Assembly: GCA_040285825.1 (NCBI GenBank)
Contig: JAUPSS010000001.1
Coordinates: 3,906,001 to 3,970,000, forward strand
Length of the DNA stretch: 64,000 nt
Direction of reading: 5' to 3'
Source: Eukaryota sp. TZLM1-RC
Lineage: Eukaryota > Protista > Metamonada: BaSk clade
Shown here: positions 11,900 to 23,852 of the stretch, piece after piece
How positions within the stretch are numbered: position 1 is the first letter of the stretch
Layout of the letters: each line of letters starts with the position of its first letter
Notes under the pieces: model-generated
What the model was told of the DNA's origin: nothing
The model's input: only the letters and a program-made list of their open reading frames with translations
The model's database searches: none
Position numbers and translations under genes: made by a program

Positions 11900-12210
11900 T
11901 CACCACTCCTCAAAAATCTTTAAAATCTCTGGCGTTGGTGCCTTATTGTGTGAAGAATCAGCTGGATATATCTCAAACAAAGAAGGATCACCTGCATGCT
12001 TTGGTTTTGGCCTAATGGGTGCAGTAACCTCTCTCCTTTTAAGAGAACCCCAATCAATTTCCCTAAAGAACTTGTGCCTCTTCACATCAGCTGCTCCACC
12101 ACGAAAGCATCCCAGTCTTCTGAACCAGTCATGCACAAGCAACCTTTGAATCAAATCACGAGTGATGGCATCGAAATGGGAAGGAATTGCAGTGGATTGT
12201 TCAGTATCAT
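11900..12210 (-). pseudogene. 3' fragment of the PKA-like kinase gene
   Basis: Nearly identical to 39739-40050 (RDLIQRLL...IFEEW); most of the kinase domain is absent. Confidence 0.9.
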
Positions 12211-12498
12211 TAATGGGAAGTTTTTGATTTGAGGTCATTGATTTGAATTGAATCAATGAATCAGGCTTGAAGCCACTAAGACTTGGCTCAATTTTTTTGA
12301 CCATACTCGGTTTCAATGGTTTTTTTTTGTCAAAATCTTCCTAATCTCGATATTCAACATTGTATTCTCAATACAAATTTCTCGGTTCAGTGCTTTTTGT
12401 TGTTTTTTTAGCTTACGCTTTGATGTTTGTTGGTCAAAAATCGCATTTCTAATAATTTTTGATGGATGAGTTAATTTCAAATTAGATCTTCTCTTTCT

Positions 12499-12540
12499 GG
12501 GACCAGGATTTGCTTCAACATCTTCATCTATTGTTAAATC
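12499..12540 (-). other. 2A-like (StopGo) peptide motif DLTIDEDVEANPGP
   Basis: Manual translation: GAT TTA ACA ATA GAT GAA GAT GTT GAA GCA AAT CCT GGT CCC, matching D(V/I)ExNPGP. Confidence 0.75.
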
Positions 12541-14484
12541 AACAGTAAATGGGTTTGTTGATAGAAGATGTTTGCAGCTTCTGGATTAACAACATAAATT
12601 ATAAACATAATAATCAAACTCAACATTATTAAAGTAACAATTTAAGACACAACATTCTGTATCTAAAGTGCAAATACCTAAACCACAAAAAACAACAAAA
12701 TAAAATACATTAAAATAACAATTTAAAACAAAATATAAACAAAGGAAACATCCCGTATCAAAGGTGATCAGCACCATATCTGATGTAACAGCACCCATAT
12801 CATGACTCACATAATGGCTGAAAAAAGTGCAATACTCTACCCCAACGGAAAAATCAGAACAATGATTCCGATAGGAAATCAAGGCTATCCTGTAAAACAG
12901 GATGACTGTTCCCGACTGAGGAGTTCGGGAGGAAGTACTCTGCTGTTCTTTGAAGAACAGGTTGAAGGAGGAGGTGGGAACTGAGTCCGTAACCTCGTCA
13001 TCCTTTTTCTCCTTTCGCTGCATGATGTCAGAAGAATGGGAAGAGTCAAGATAATCTCGCTGTCTGACACGATGCCTGACATGCTGATTGCGATTTCAAA
13101 TTCATTGCTTATTTCCACAATGGTATCAAATGCCTATCCACTGTATCTCTATTAGTGATCATCAACATCAGCTCGATTTACCCTCTAGCTCTTCTGGTCG
13201 TTGTTACTCCGTCTAAACTCTATGTTTTTTTCCAGTTTCCTTCTCCTTCCTTTACCTCTTGTTCTTTTCCCATTCAGCTATCTAAATAATTCTCTCTTCC
13301 AATCTCCCTCTCTATTTGGACGGGACCTAAACAAATGCTTATTTGGCCCAGAATCAACAAAATTCATAAGTGAGTAGATGGTCTATTGATTTCAGACGTC
13401 TCAAATTTACATGGACACAATGATGTTGAGTCCCCACACCTGGACCTAGTTGGATGTTTCACTTACAAAATCAGAGAACACAACAGAGACTGGTCATCTA
13501 TCTGAATGGAGAGACAGTAGGTGAGTAACCCTTTCAATTATCAGCAAAATCTGACAATTTATGTTGAAGCTTTTTACAACAAACCTGCAAATTAAAAAAA
13601 GATCGGTTTGGAATTTCTTGAATTGATTGGGGAAAACATTTGGTCCAGATTTGTGGTGGCAATCTATCGAGTTCACAAGATATCTCATTCAAATATGGAC
13701 TGCAGCTGGGAACTAACAGATGAGAATCTTCAGGAAATCTACGAGAAAATTCATAAATGAAGTTCTTGCCTCCACCCAATAATGCTGATTGACACAAAGT
13801 AGAAGATTTAGTAAATCCAAAATTACCCAAATTTGCTGAAGAAAATAAGTGATTTTTCAACACTTTTGGTTCTACAACCAATAAATCAGCAAGAAATCCG
13901 TTTTTGAATGAAGTTATGGAACGACAAAAAACTAATGCTATGGAAGGAGCGCAAGATCTCAAAACGATTGTTATTCTCCCAGTGTAGCAATTTTTAAGCA
14001 TGAAAATTTGAATATGTTTTTCTAAATCTAAAGAAGAATTTCAATCAAGGTTATTTTTCATTTTTTCCATTATAACTTGTAATTCATTCTAAATTCGAGG
14101 CACATTTTCTAACCCACAACCAAGAAACTTAAGAAAATCACTACTATAGTTAGTAATAGGGACAATTGTATCGTGTATCACAAGATCCTGAGCAGAAGGA
14201 CCATTCAGAAGGCATTTGCTCGCAATATGATGAAGCCCAACATTTTCATATGAATCAGCAATATCTTGTGCAAACAACTGCAGTAAATCAAATGAACCAA
14301 TCAAAAATATATCATCCATATAAGCAACTATTTTTAGGGAAGGGTGATTTTGCTTGATAACAACTAAAGTTTTGTGAATAGCTAAACAGAAGAATAATGG
14401 GCGTAAAGGATCACCTTGTTTTACACCAGAAGATGATTTTAAACCAAATGAATTAAATATTAAATCTGATGCTTTACCACAATA

Positions 14485-15584
14485 TGATGCCGTTAGGCAG
14501 AAATACCAAAGAAGTAAAGAGAGAAAAGAAGGTTTATTAATAGAAATACTTGTTTTTGAACAAGTGCCACGTCATCATGTAAATTCCTCATCTGTCTAGC
14601 AAGTTAGTTAATCAGTAACAACAACACTACTTCTTCCCATTTTCTTTCAACAGTTGCGTGAACCATTTAGCATAATGAAGAATGGGGATTTGTGAGATAC
14701 TGAGGCACGTGGCGTAAATGATTGACTTCGTGCTTAACTTTTGAGGGGCAATCACGAGCTAGATGACCTTTCTGGTGACATTTGAAACATGTCCCTTCAG
14801 TCAAATTGCGAGACCTATGGGATGAACGAGACTTCATACCAGCTTGACGCACAGAGTCGGTATTTTCAGAAACAGTCTTTGAAGACCTGTTCCAAGAAGC
14901 TACTCGCGTGCAATCAAGTAGTTCATCCTCTGCGGTATTTACCAATGTAGGAAAATCGGGGAATAACTCGTCCCGAATTCGAGAAATCAGAAATTTCTGC
15001 AGTCCTAATGGAAGAATACCCTTGGCGAATCTGATCATGAAGGCTGAGTCAGGCAATTTCAGTCCGGAAGTCCTGCTTTTCGCCTGAAAAAAACGTCTCA
15101 GGTAGCAGGACATACGTTCACGGACGTCGCCCTTACGGACATCAACCTTCAACTCAGACATCACCAAGTTGAATTCCTCGTACGAGGAAAACGAAGTGGA
15201 TGATCTTAAATGATCCAGAAACACCTCATCGGATGAATCGACTCTGAGTATTGTGAGAACCAATGATTCTAACAAGAAGGGGTCAACGAGGAGCCTTGCT
15301 GGAACAAGGTCCTTTTTCGGTGTAACAGAAGAGTACACCTTCCACTGTTGTAGGAACAACAGAACATCATCCACTTCCATAGAAGCAAATGACGGATGTA
15401 GTACGTGTGTAGATCACATCTGCAATGAGGGCCAATAATTATTGATGCCGTTAGGCAGAAATACCAAAGAAGTAAAGAGAGAAAAGAAGGTTTATTAATA
15501 GAAATACTTGTTTTTGAACAAATGCCACGTCATCATGTAAATTCCTCATCTGTCTAGCAAGTTAGTTAATCAGTAACAACAACA
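14485..15584 (-). mobile_element. 1.1-kb gag-only LTR element, type A
   Basis: 142-bp LTRs at 14485-14626 and 15443-15584 (1 mismatch); polypurine tract GAAAGAAAATGGGAAGAAGTAG; AATA TSD with the empty site visible near 49255; no pol. Confidence 0.93.
14667..15380 (-). CDS. gag: Gag-like protein with CCHC zinc knuckle, 237 aa
   Basis: CFKCHQKGHLARDC; the only substantial ORF between the LTRs. Confidence 0.85.
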   Translation of the reverse strand: MEVDDVLLFLQQWKVYSSVTPKKDLVPARLLVDPFLLESLVLTILRVDSSDEVFLDHLRSSTSFSSYEEFNLVMSELKVDVRKGDVRERMSCYLRRFFQAKSRTSGLKLPDSAFMIRFAKGILPLGLQKFLISRIRDELFPDFPTLVNTAEDELLDCTRVASWNRSSKTVSENTDSVRQAGMKSRSSHRSRNLTEGTCFKCHQKGHLARDCPSKVKHEVNHLRHVPQYLTNPHSSLC

Positions 15585-16811
15585 AATAGTGGTGGAAAAA
15601 ACTTGGCAGCTCAGGAAAATTAGATTTAATTACCACAAAAATTGCTTTTCGTTTTACAGAAATAAAAGCACTTTTGCAGTCCAGAATAAAAATAAAATTA
15701 TTATCCCCTTCGTAAAATCGTTTCTTCTTAATTGTATCAACAATGGTAATTCTTTGCAATGCTACAGCCATTACCTATTTTACAAACCCACCAAAGTTGA
15801 GGGTTTACCTAATATTGTTGTTTATATTTTTGGTTTTAACGACAACTTTTTTTCATTAACATTAATAGTAAGGTATTTGTTCAAGGATGAGTAGAATAAG
15901 TGATTTTTTTGGAAGATCAAATGCTCAAAACAATGTGACACTTGATTCTTTGATCGAACTAATATTGCAGAAGAGCCAATATATATTTGTTGTGTATCAA
16001 AGGGAACTCAGAATTATTATATTGGTCAAAGCTTCATTTAGTTTTTCAAAACAAGTAATCTGTATTCCACTATGTTGCAGCTTTTGTCAATTGTAGCAAT
16101 AACACCATTGATTGTTTTGAATGTTGATTTTTGGGGCATGTGTTGGTCACGTGTTTTTATTTCAAAAATAGTGGCGAAAACTGAACAAATTTGAAATTAA
16201 AAAGGATACCCTATTTCACTGGTCTGATAGTCGGCGATTTCAAACGCTCTGAAGAGTTTTATTCAATAACATGGCAGTCATCAAAAGAGTCATCAATCAT
16301 ATTCAAGCAGGTTTGAATAAATGATGAAATAAAACGGTTTACAGTCTCTGTGAAAATGTAATAGTTGTCAACCAAATCATTCAATAAACGACATGCACAC
16401 AGACAATTGGTAAGTCCCTTTTACTCAAAAGGAAGATTTAATGCATCACGTGATCAACAATAATAAAGTTCTCAGTATCAGAAGAATTTCTTAAAGTTGA
16501 TTGATTCAAAATTTACCCACTACTTTATTTTTGTTACAACAGAATTCATGAAATGATAACCAAAATACTGTTTTAATGAGGAAGAAATATAAAAGATCGT
16601 CGACTCAAGAGATTTGCTGATTAAATACAAATTTATTTTAATTTAAATTTAATTTGTATTTAATTTGTATTGAGGATATTTAGTTCAAATTTGATTTAGT
16701 TTCAACAAAATCGTTTTTCAACACTAGAAAACCGTTTAGGTCTACAGTTCTACCTTTAAAAGATACTTAGCCTCAAACGTCGACAACATATTCATCTCAA
16801 CACTGCTCCTC

Positions 16812-19319
16812 ATGGATGTTTCTGACGGCTTCTTAACGACACGAACATTGACGATCAATCAATTCGAACGCTTTCATAGAACTCTTTTGAGAGCATGGAA
16901 CCAAAACCAGAGAGTAGATGGAAGTGTTCTGTTTGGTGATCTTCTTCATCATTTTCAACAGCAGAAACTTGGTGAAGAAGCTAAGGATTTGTTGCTATTA
17001 GCTTTTGAAAAAGGAGTTTACGTTCACAAAGACATCCCATCATTTTACTCATATGTTACAGAACCCAAAGAACACATTATACTCACTTTTCGCACTGATG
17101 AGGGGGAACTGCGATTTGAAATTCAGAAAGAAGTACCCTCAACAGCTCAACCAATGAAAGGTACCTCATTCTCCATTATGAATGTGCCATATCAGAAGCC
17201 CAAGTTTTTTTACGAGTTTTCAACCCTTCTACTGAAGTATTTGGAACAAGAAGAACGTCTATTAGATAAGTATCATTCAAACGTTTTACCCTTTATCAAT
17301 TCAACAGGAACAGGTAAAACACGGTTTATGATTGAATCATGTAAGTCTATTCAGTCCAGAGATGATTTAGAAGCAGTATATTTCACGTTTCCTAGATTCT
17401 CAACGGAAGGTTCTGATTCTGTACTGAGGACAGAGCCTCTTGCTACTGCTGATTTCACTGGTTACTTCCGCAAGTTAATGTACAATGATTACACTGAAGA
17501 TAGAAAGCAAAGGGTCCGCCGTATTGTTTTTGCCTGCCAGTGTTTGATGGCTTCTGCCCTGAAACTTGGTCAAAGCTATCAGACTATGGAAAAGGAATAC
17601 TTTGAAACACTACCAACCAGTATGGTGAACAAGGCAGGAGAGCTGTTCACAACATATTATACTTCTTCAGATAATATTGCTCTCCAAACTACCAATATGT
17701 TGAATTCGCTATCCCTTTTAAATTCAACCAAATATGTTTTATTTTCAGATGAGGTTAGTTCACTTATTGGTACGAGTTTCGGATCTATTCGCACCAAAGC
17801 CTACTTTAACGAGGCTAGTGATGGTTTGGATTGTGATTGGAATTTCTTCCGTTGTTGGCGACATGCTGCTAGAAACTTACTCCTATCAGGAATACAACTG
17901 ATCGTAATTGTTGCTGGAACTCATACTGCTCTACATCACTTTTGTCATGATGTTGTCAAGTCCTTGTCTTATAGACCGTTTACACCTGGTAAAAATGACT
18001 ATATGGTGGATGAAGTACGCAGTGGTACTACTTTACCCCCAATCTCTACTGGTTGGGTTCAGATTTTTGATGATTTTCTCCCTCTAACCCGTACAAGTCC
18101 TGATGTTTCGCCATTACTTTCTCTAGTCAATGCAGCTTCTTGTAGGCCATTGTGGGTTGCGTATGCACGTGATTCGATCAATTGGGATTCTTTTGAACGT
18201 AAAATAGTTGAAAAAGCACAACACGCTTTCAGTGAAACCGATGTCGACCAGTACATGGCAGCCATACTTTCCGTCATTCTAGAAGGTACAGCAATCCATG
18301 AAACTGTGTTGACAAAGTTTGTCCATTGTACATTTGCCATGGTTGATTTTACTTGTGCTCATATTGGAACAGAGCAGAAGTACTTTTCGTTTCTGGTCCC
18401 AACTGTTGATCCATTGATTGCTCACTGTGGATGGCAGCTTCTCCTCCAGTTAAAGGATAATGAGTGGCAACATGAACTGACGAAGGTGCTGAGGGAATTG
18501 ATAAGCACGCATGTTGCACCAACTACCTTTGGAATCTTGGTTGAACCAATTGCAGTAGCATTGCTGCTTTTTTTGTTTCAATTCCAAAGATCTCAACAAC
18601 CACCAAATGATGTTAAATACTTTGTTAACTTGTATCCATTATTTTTGGAACATTTTTTGGTAGCATTTTGTACATCATATTACATACCCAAAGCACCCAG
18701 TGGTTGGACCTCTCCATGGGTTCTCTCAATTGCAGAATCAATGCTACTTCATGATAGGAGTGTTCTCACAGATAGCCAGTCTTTTTTCCATTTACTTTTA
18801 GGTGCATTCATTTTCAGAACGATCGTCATATTACCTGATAGAACTGAAGCCGTTGATGCAATCATTCCATTAGTTCGTTCTAACAATGATTCTTCAATCA
18901 GTCTTCCATCGCTCTTTACAATCCAATCAGCCATTGAAAGTGGTAATGGTCACCAGTATCTTGGATACGTCAAGATTCAAATCAAAACCTCTACGACAGT
19001 TTCAACGAAACGGGTCTTTCAAAGCCTACGTTCAACACATTTTGGGTCACAAGCATGCTATAGTGTATGTTTGCTCTTATCATTGGGTAATAGGAATGAT
19101 CTAACTGCACCAGAGTTAACCTCATATCAATCAAATGAAGATCCTAGGGTTTACGTGGCAGATGAAGCAAAGTTTTCCATTGTCAAACAGGCAGTTATGA
19201 CGTTGAAAAATGCCTTGGAGGTTCCTCAACACAAATTTCGAGTCAGAAACAACGGTGAAATTATTGATAAACCTTGGACTAAAGTAGAGAGCTTATCCCC
19301 TGAACATTCACCTAGTTAA
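16812..19319 (+). CDS. NTPase + REase-fold protein, copy 2, 835 aa
   Basis: Intact paralog of 7335..9836. Confidence 0.8.
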   Translation: MDVSDGFLTTRTLTINQFERFHRTLLRAWNQNQRVDGSVLFGDLLHHFQQQKLGEEAKDLLLLAFEKGVYVHKDIPSFYSYVTEPKEHIILTFRTDEGELRFEIQKEVPSTAQPMKGTSFSIMNVPYQKPKFFYEFSTLLLKYLEQEERLLDKYHSNVLPFINSTGTGKTRFMIESCKSIQSRDDLEAVYFTFPRFSTEGSDSVLRTEPLATADFTGYFRKLMYNDYTEDRKQRVRRIVFACQCLMASALKLGQSYQTMEKEYFETLPTSMVNKAGELFTTYYTSSDNIALQTTNMLNSLSLLNSTKYVLFSDEVSSLIGTSFGSIRTKAYFNEASDGLDCDWNFFRCWRHAARNLLLSGIQLIVIVAGTHTALHHFCHDVVKSLSYRPFTPGKNDYMVDEVRSGTTLPPISTGWVQIFDDFLPLTRTSPDVSPLLSLVNAASCRPLWVAYARDSINWDSFERKIVEKAQHAFSETDVDQYMAAILSVILEGTAIHETVLTKFVHCTFAMVDFTCAHIGTEQKYFSFLVPTVDPLIAHCGWQLLLQLKDNEWQHELTKVLRELISTHVAPTTFGILVEPIAVALLLFLFQFQRSQQPPNDVKYFVNLYPLFLEHFLVAFCTSYYIPKAPSGWTSPWVLSIAESMLLHDRSVLTDSQSFFHLLLGAFIFRTIVILPDRTEAVDAIIPLVRSNNDSSISLPSLFTIQSAIESGNGHQYLGYVKIQIKTSTTVSTKRVFQSLRSTHFGSQACYSVCLLLSLGNRNDLTAPELTSYQSNEDPRVYVADEAKFSIVKQAVMTLKNALEVPQHKFRVRNNGEIIDKPWTKVESLSPEHSPS

Positions 19320-21269
19320 TTTCAGGAATAAAGCTAAACTTTATCTTTTATTTAACAAACCCACACCAATTCTATGATGAGTGATTCTGAAGACTTTTTT
19401 TTGGTTACAATCCATTTACATACATCAATTGTTAAACTTGTGTTAAGTTCCCTAAATTGAAGCAGTGCACAAAGGTCACAATAAGAGACAGTCCATTTGA
19501 ATTGTCACACAAAATTCTTGAACAACATTAATAAACCTCAAAGACATCATCCATGTAATGTTATTGATTCACTACAATGCACTGTCTTGCTGCGGTTGAC
19601 AACAGAGCACCTGCGAATAGTTTCCTGCTCTTCCAACAAATAGTAATAGTGATTTCTTGCTGTACTGCTCACTCGTTCAGGTAGAGACCTCTTCTGTCTA
19701 CGATGTCCTTCCACTATGTAGCCCTCCTCCTTGTTTGCCCGATCACATCTCCTGAACTTTGAACGAATAGAAGTTTGTGCTGGAGAGAACTGCCCACGAT
19801 TTAAGGAGGAAAACACGGTCATGCATGATCTGTTTATATCAGGGGGTGTAATGTGAAGGATCACGCTTCTAACCAGAACCACTCCATGCAGTGGTTTTCA
19901 ACCGAAATTGAGTCTGTTCCATCCATTATGGACCACCCTTATGCTCTCTTGAATGGGCCCTTTTAACATTTTGAATAATTTTCCTTGCTTCAACTCTGGT
20001 TGATTCCCTTAGAAGTCGGCTCAAAAATGATTAATTCAGTTTAAGAATTAACCAAATTTGTTTTCTCACTTGCTGTTGTTTATTCTTGAAATGGCTGACT
20101 CCGATCAATCGGTCAATTTGCACTTGGTTGCTGTTAACTTTTCCATTGAATTTCTATTTATTTTTATTTTTATTCTCTATTTAACTGTTTTAATCGTTTT
20201 TTCTTAATTTCATCATCAGTGGTATTTTTTGGCAACAGTACAATTATAATTTTTTTAATAACAAACCCACCAAAGTTGAGGGTTTAACTAATATTGTTGT
20301 TTATATTTGTGGCCATAACGGTATTTATATTACATTAACACTAATGGTAAAGTATTTGTTCAAGGATGAGTAGAATAAGTGAATTACATGGAAGATCAAC
20401 TGCTCAAAACAATGTCATATTTCATTTTTGATCGAATTAATGTTGCAGAAGAGCCAATTAATCAAATCGAATGATGGCTACTGAAATACCTATATTATGC
20501 TTCATTGCATAACTATCTTCGTAAAAATCACTTATTCTGCTCAACTTACCCCACACAAAAACTTTACCATTGTTGTCAATGTCAGCATAAATACCATTGT
20601 GACCACTAATAGAAACCACATTAGTTAAACCTTGAACTTTGATGGGTTTGTTATTAATAGAAGTTGCATTCAGTATTCTAAAACTGTTCATTTTCACATA
20701 CTCATTGGATGAATTTTTTTGTCAGTAGATTGGTTTGTTTTTCTTCAATGATTCAAATGTATGATCATTCTCTTTAATGTTGTTGGTGTAAAGAATTTTT
20801 TAAAAACGAAGAACTAAGTTTACTAAGTATGAGCTTATGTATAATTCGATCAGGTAAGTGCGGTATACCTCTTAATTTTAATTAAGTTTGGTTAAACAAA
20901 TGAATACCTTTTTGGCTTCATACGACAAAGTAGGGTTTATCAACACGTTGTCGATCAATAATTAGATTGAATTATATCACCTCTTAACACAATCGCTGCA
21001 TCATCAATCATGCAACATAAACTTAAAAAAGAAAAAACATTCCTCTGTTGTATATCGTTTGCTTAAATTAAATTTAGAAATTATTAAATAATTCCATTTG
21101 TTTTTGAGTGACAGAAATTATAGGAACAACAAACATGTAAACTCATCTACGTTAAAAAACCCATTGGTGAATGTACTAGAAACAAGAACAGCTCCACAGA
21201 ATGAAGTATAAATACCCACAAAGCTAAAACAGACCAAAAAACACTAAAGAATTAAATACAGGGAAACCC

Positions 21270-21580
21270 TCACCACTCCTCAAAAATCTTTAAAATCTCT
21301 GGCGTTGGTGCCTTATTGTGTGAAGAATCAGCTGGATAAATCTCAAACAAAGAAGGATCACCTGCATGCTTTGGTTTTGGCCTAATGGGTGCAGTAACCT
21401 CTCTCCTTTTAAGAGAACCCCAATCAATTTCCCTAAAGAACTTGTGCCTCTTCACATCAGCTGCTCCACCACGAAAGCATCCCAGTCTTCTGAACCAGTC
21501 ATGCACAAGCAACCTTTGAATCAAATCACGAGTGATGGCATCGAAATGGGAAGGAATTGCAGTGGATTGTTCAGTATCAT
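21270..21580 (-). pseudogene. 3' fragment of the PKA-like kinase gene, copy 2
   Basis: Duplicate of 11900-12210. Confidence 0.9.
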
Positions 21581-21866
21581 TAATGGGAAGTTTTTGATTT
21601 GAGGTCATTGATTTGAATTGAATCAATGAATCAGGCTTGAAGCCACTAAGACTTGGCTCAATTTTTTTGACCATACTCGGTTTCAATGGTTTTTTTTGTC
21701 AAAATCTTCCTAATCTCGATATTCAACATTGTATTCTCAATACAAATTTCTCGGTTCAGTGCTTTTTGTTGTTTTTTAGCTTACGCTTTGATGTTTGTTG
21801 GTCAAAAATCGCATTTCTAATAATTTTTGATGGATGAGTTAATTTCAAATTAGATCTTCTCTTTCT

Positions 21867-21908
21867 GGGACCAGGATTTGCTTCAACATCTTCATCTATT
21901 GTTAAATC
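21867..21908 (-). other. 2A-like motif, duplicate copy
   Basis: Identical to 12499-12540 at offset 9368. Confidence 0.75.
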
Positions 21909-23852
21909 AACAGTAAATGGGTTTGTTGATAGAAGATGTTTGCAGCTTCTGGATTAACAACATAAATTATAAACATAATAATCAAACTCAACATTATTAA
22001 AGTAACAATTTAAGACACAACATTCTGTATCTAAAGTGCAAATACCTAAACCACAAAAAACAACAAAATAAAATACATTAAAATAACAATTTAAAACAAA
22101 ATATAAACAAAGGAAACATCCCGTATCAAAGGTGATCAGCACCATATCTGATGCAACAGCACCCATATCATGACTCACATAATGGCTGAAAAAAGTGCAA
22201 TACTCTACCCCAACGGAAAAATCAGAACAATGATTCCGATAGGAAATCAAGGCTATCCTGTAAAACAAAATGACTGTTCCCGACTGAGGAGTTCGGGAGG
22301 AAGTACTCTGCTGTTCCTTGAAGAACAGGTTGAAGGAGGAGGTGGGAACTGAGTCCGTAACCTCGTCATCCTTTTTCTCCTTTCGCTGCATGATGTCAGA
22401 AGAATGGGAAGAGTCAAGATAATCTCGCTGTCTGACACGATGTCTGACATGCTGATTGCGATTTCAAATTCATTGCTTATTTCCACAATGGTATCAAATG
22501 CCTATCCACTGTATCTCTATTAGTGATCATCAACATCAGCTCGATTTACCCTCTAGCTCTTCTGGTCGTTGTTACTCCGTCTAAACTCTAAGTTTTTTTC
22601 CAGTTTCCTTCTCCTTCCTTTACCTCTTGTTCTTTTCCCATTCAGCTATCTAAATAATTCTCTCTTCCAATCTCCCTCTCTATTTGGACGGGACCTAAAC
22701 AAATGCTTATTTGGCCCAGAATCAACAAAATTCATAAGTGAGTAGATGGTCTATTGATTTCAGACGTCTCAAATTTACATGGACACAATGATGTTGAGTC
22801 CCCACACCTGGACCTAGTTGGATGTTTCACTTACAAAATCAGAGAACACAACAGAGACTGGTCATCTATCTGAATGGAGAGACAGTAGGTGAGTAACCCT
22901 TTCAATTATCAGCAAAATCTGACAATTTTTGTTGAAGCTTTTTACAACAAACCTGCAAATTAAAAAAAGATCGGTTTGGAATTTTTTGAATTGATTGGGG
23001 AAAACATTTGGTCCAGATTTGTGGTGGCAATCTATCGAGTTCACAAGATATCTCATTCAAATATGGACTGCAGCTGGGAACTAACAGATGAGAATCTTCA
23101 GGAAATCTACGAGAAAATTCATAAATGAAATTCTTGCCTCCACCCAATAATGCTGATTGACACAAAGTAGAAGATTTAGTAAATCCAAAATTACCCAAAT
23201 TTGCTGAAGAAAATAAGTGATTTTTCAACATTTTTGGTTCTACAACCAATAAATCTGCATGAAATTCTGTTCTCAATGAAAAACAGGAACGACAAAAAAC
23301 TAATGCTATGGAAGGAGCGCAAGATCTCAAAACGATTGTTATTCTCCCAGTGTAGCAATTTTTAAGCATGAAAATTTGAATATGTTTTTCTAAATCTAAA
23401 GAAGAATTTCAATCAAGGTTATTTTTCATTTTTTCCATTATAACTTGTAATTCATTCTAAATTCGAGGCACATTTTCTAACCCACAACCAAGAAACTTAA
23501 GAAAATCACTACTATAGTTAGTAATAGGGACAATTGTATCGTGTATCACAAGATCCTGAGCAGAAGGACCATTCAGAAGGCATTTGCTCGCAATATGATG
23601 AAGCCCAATATTTTCATATGAATCAGCAATATCTTGTGCAAACAACTGCAGTAAATCAAATGAACCAATCAAAAATATATCATCCATATAAGCAACTATT
23701 TTTAGGGAAGGGTGATTTTGCTTGATAACAACTAAAGTTTTGTGAATAGCTAAACAGAAGAATAATGGGCGTAAAGGATCACCTTGTTTTACACCAGAAG
23801 ATGATTTTAAACCAAATGAATTAAATATTAAATCTGATGCTTTACCACAATA

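Larger units (their letters stand above)
13545..15710 (-). mobile_element. decayed CRE-like non-LTR RT fragment interrupted by a gag-only LTR element
   Basis: SSGVKQGDPL, AYMDD and LLGGGKNFIYEFSRRF; homologous to 49140-50200. Confidence 0.85.
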
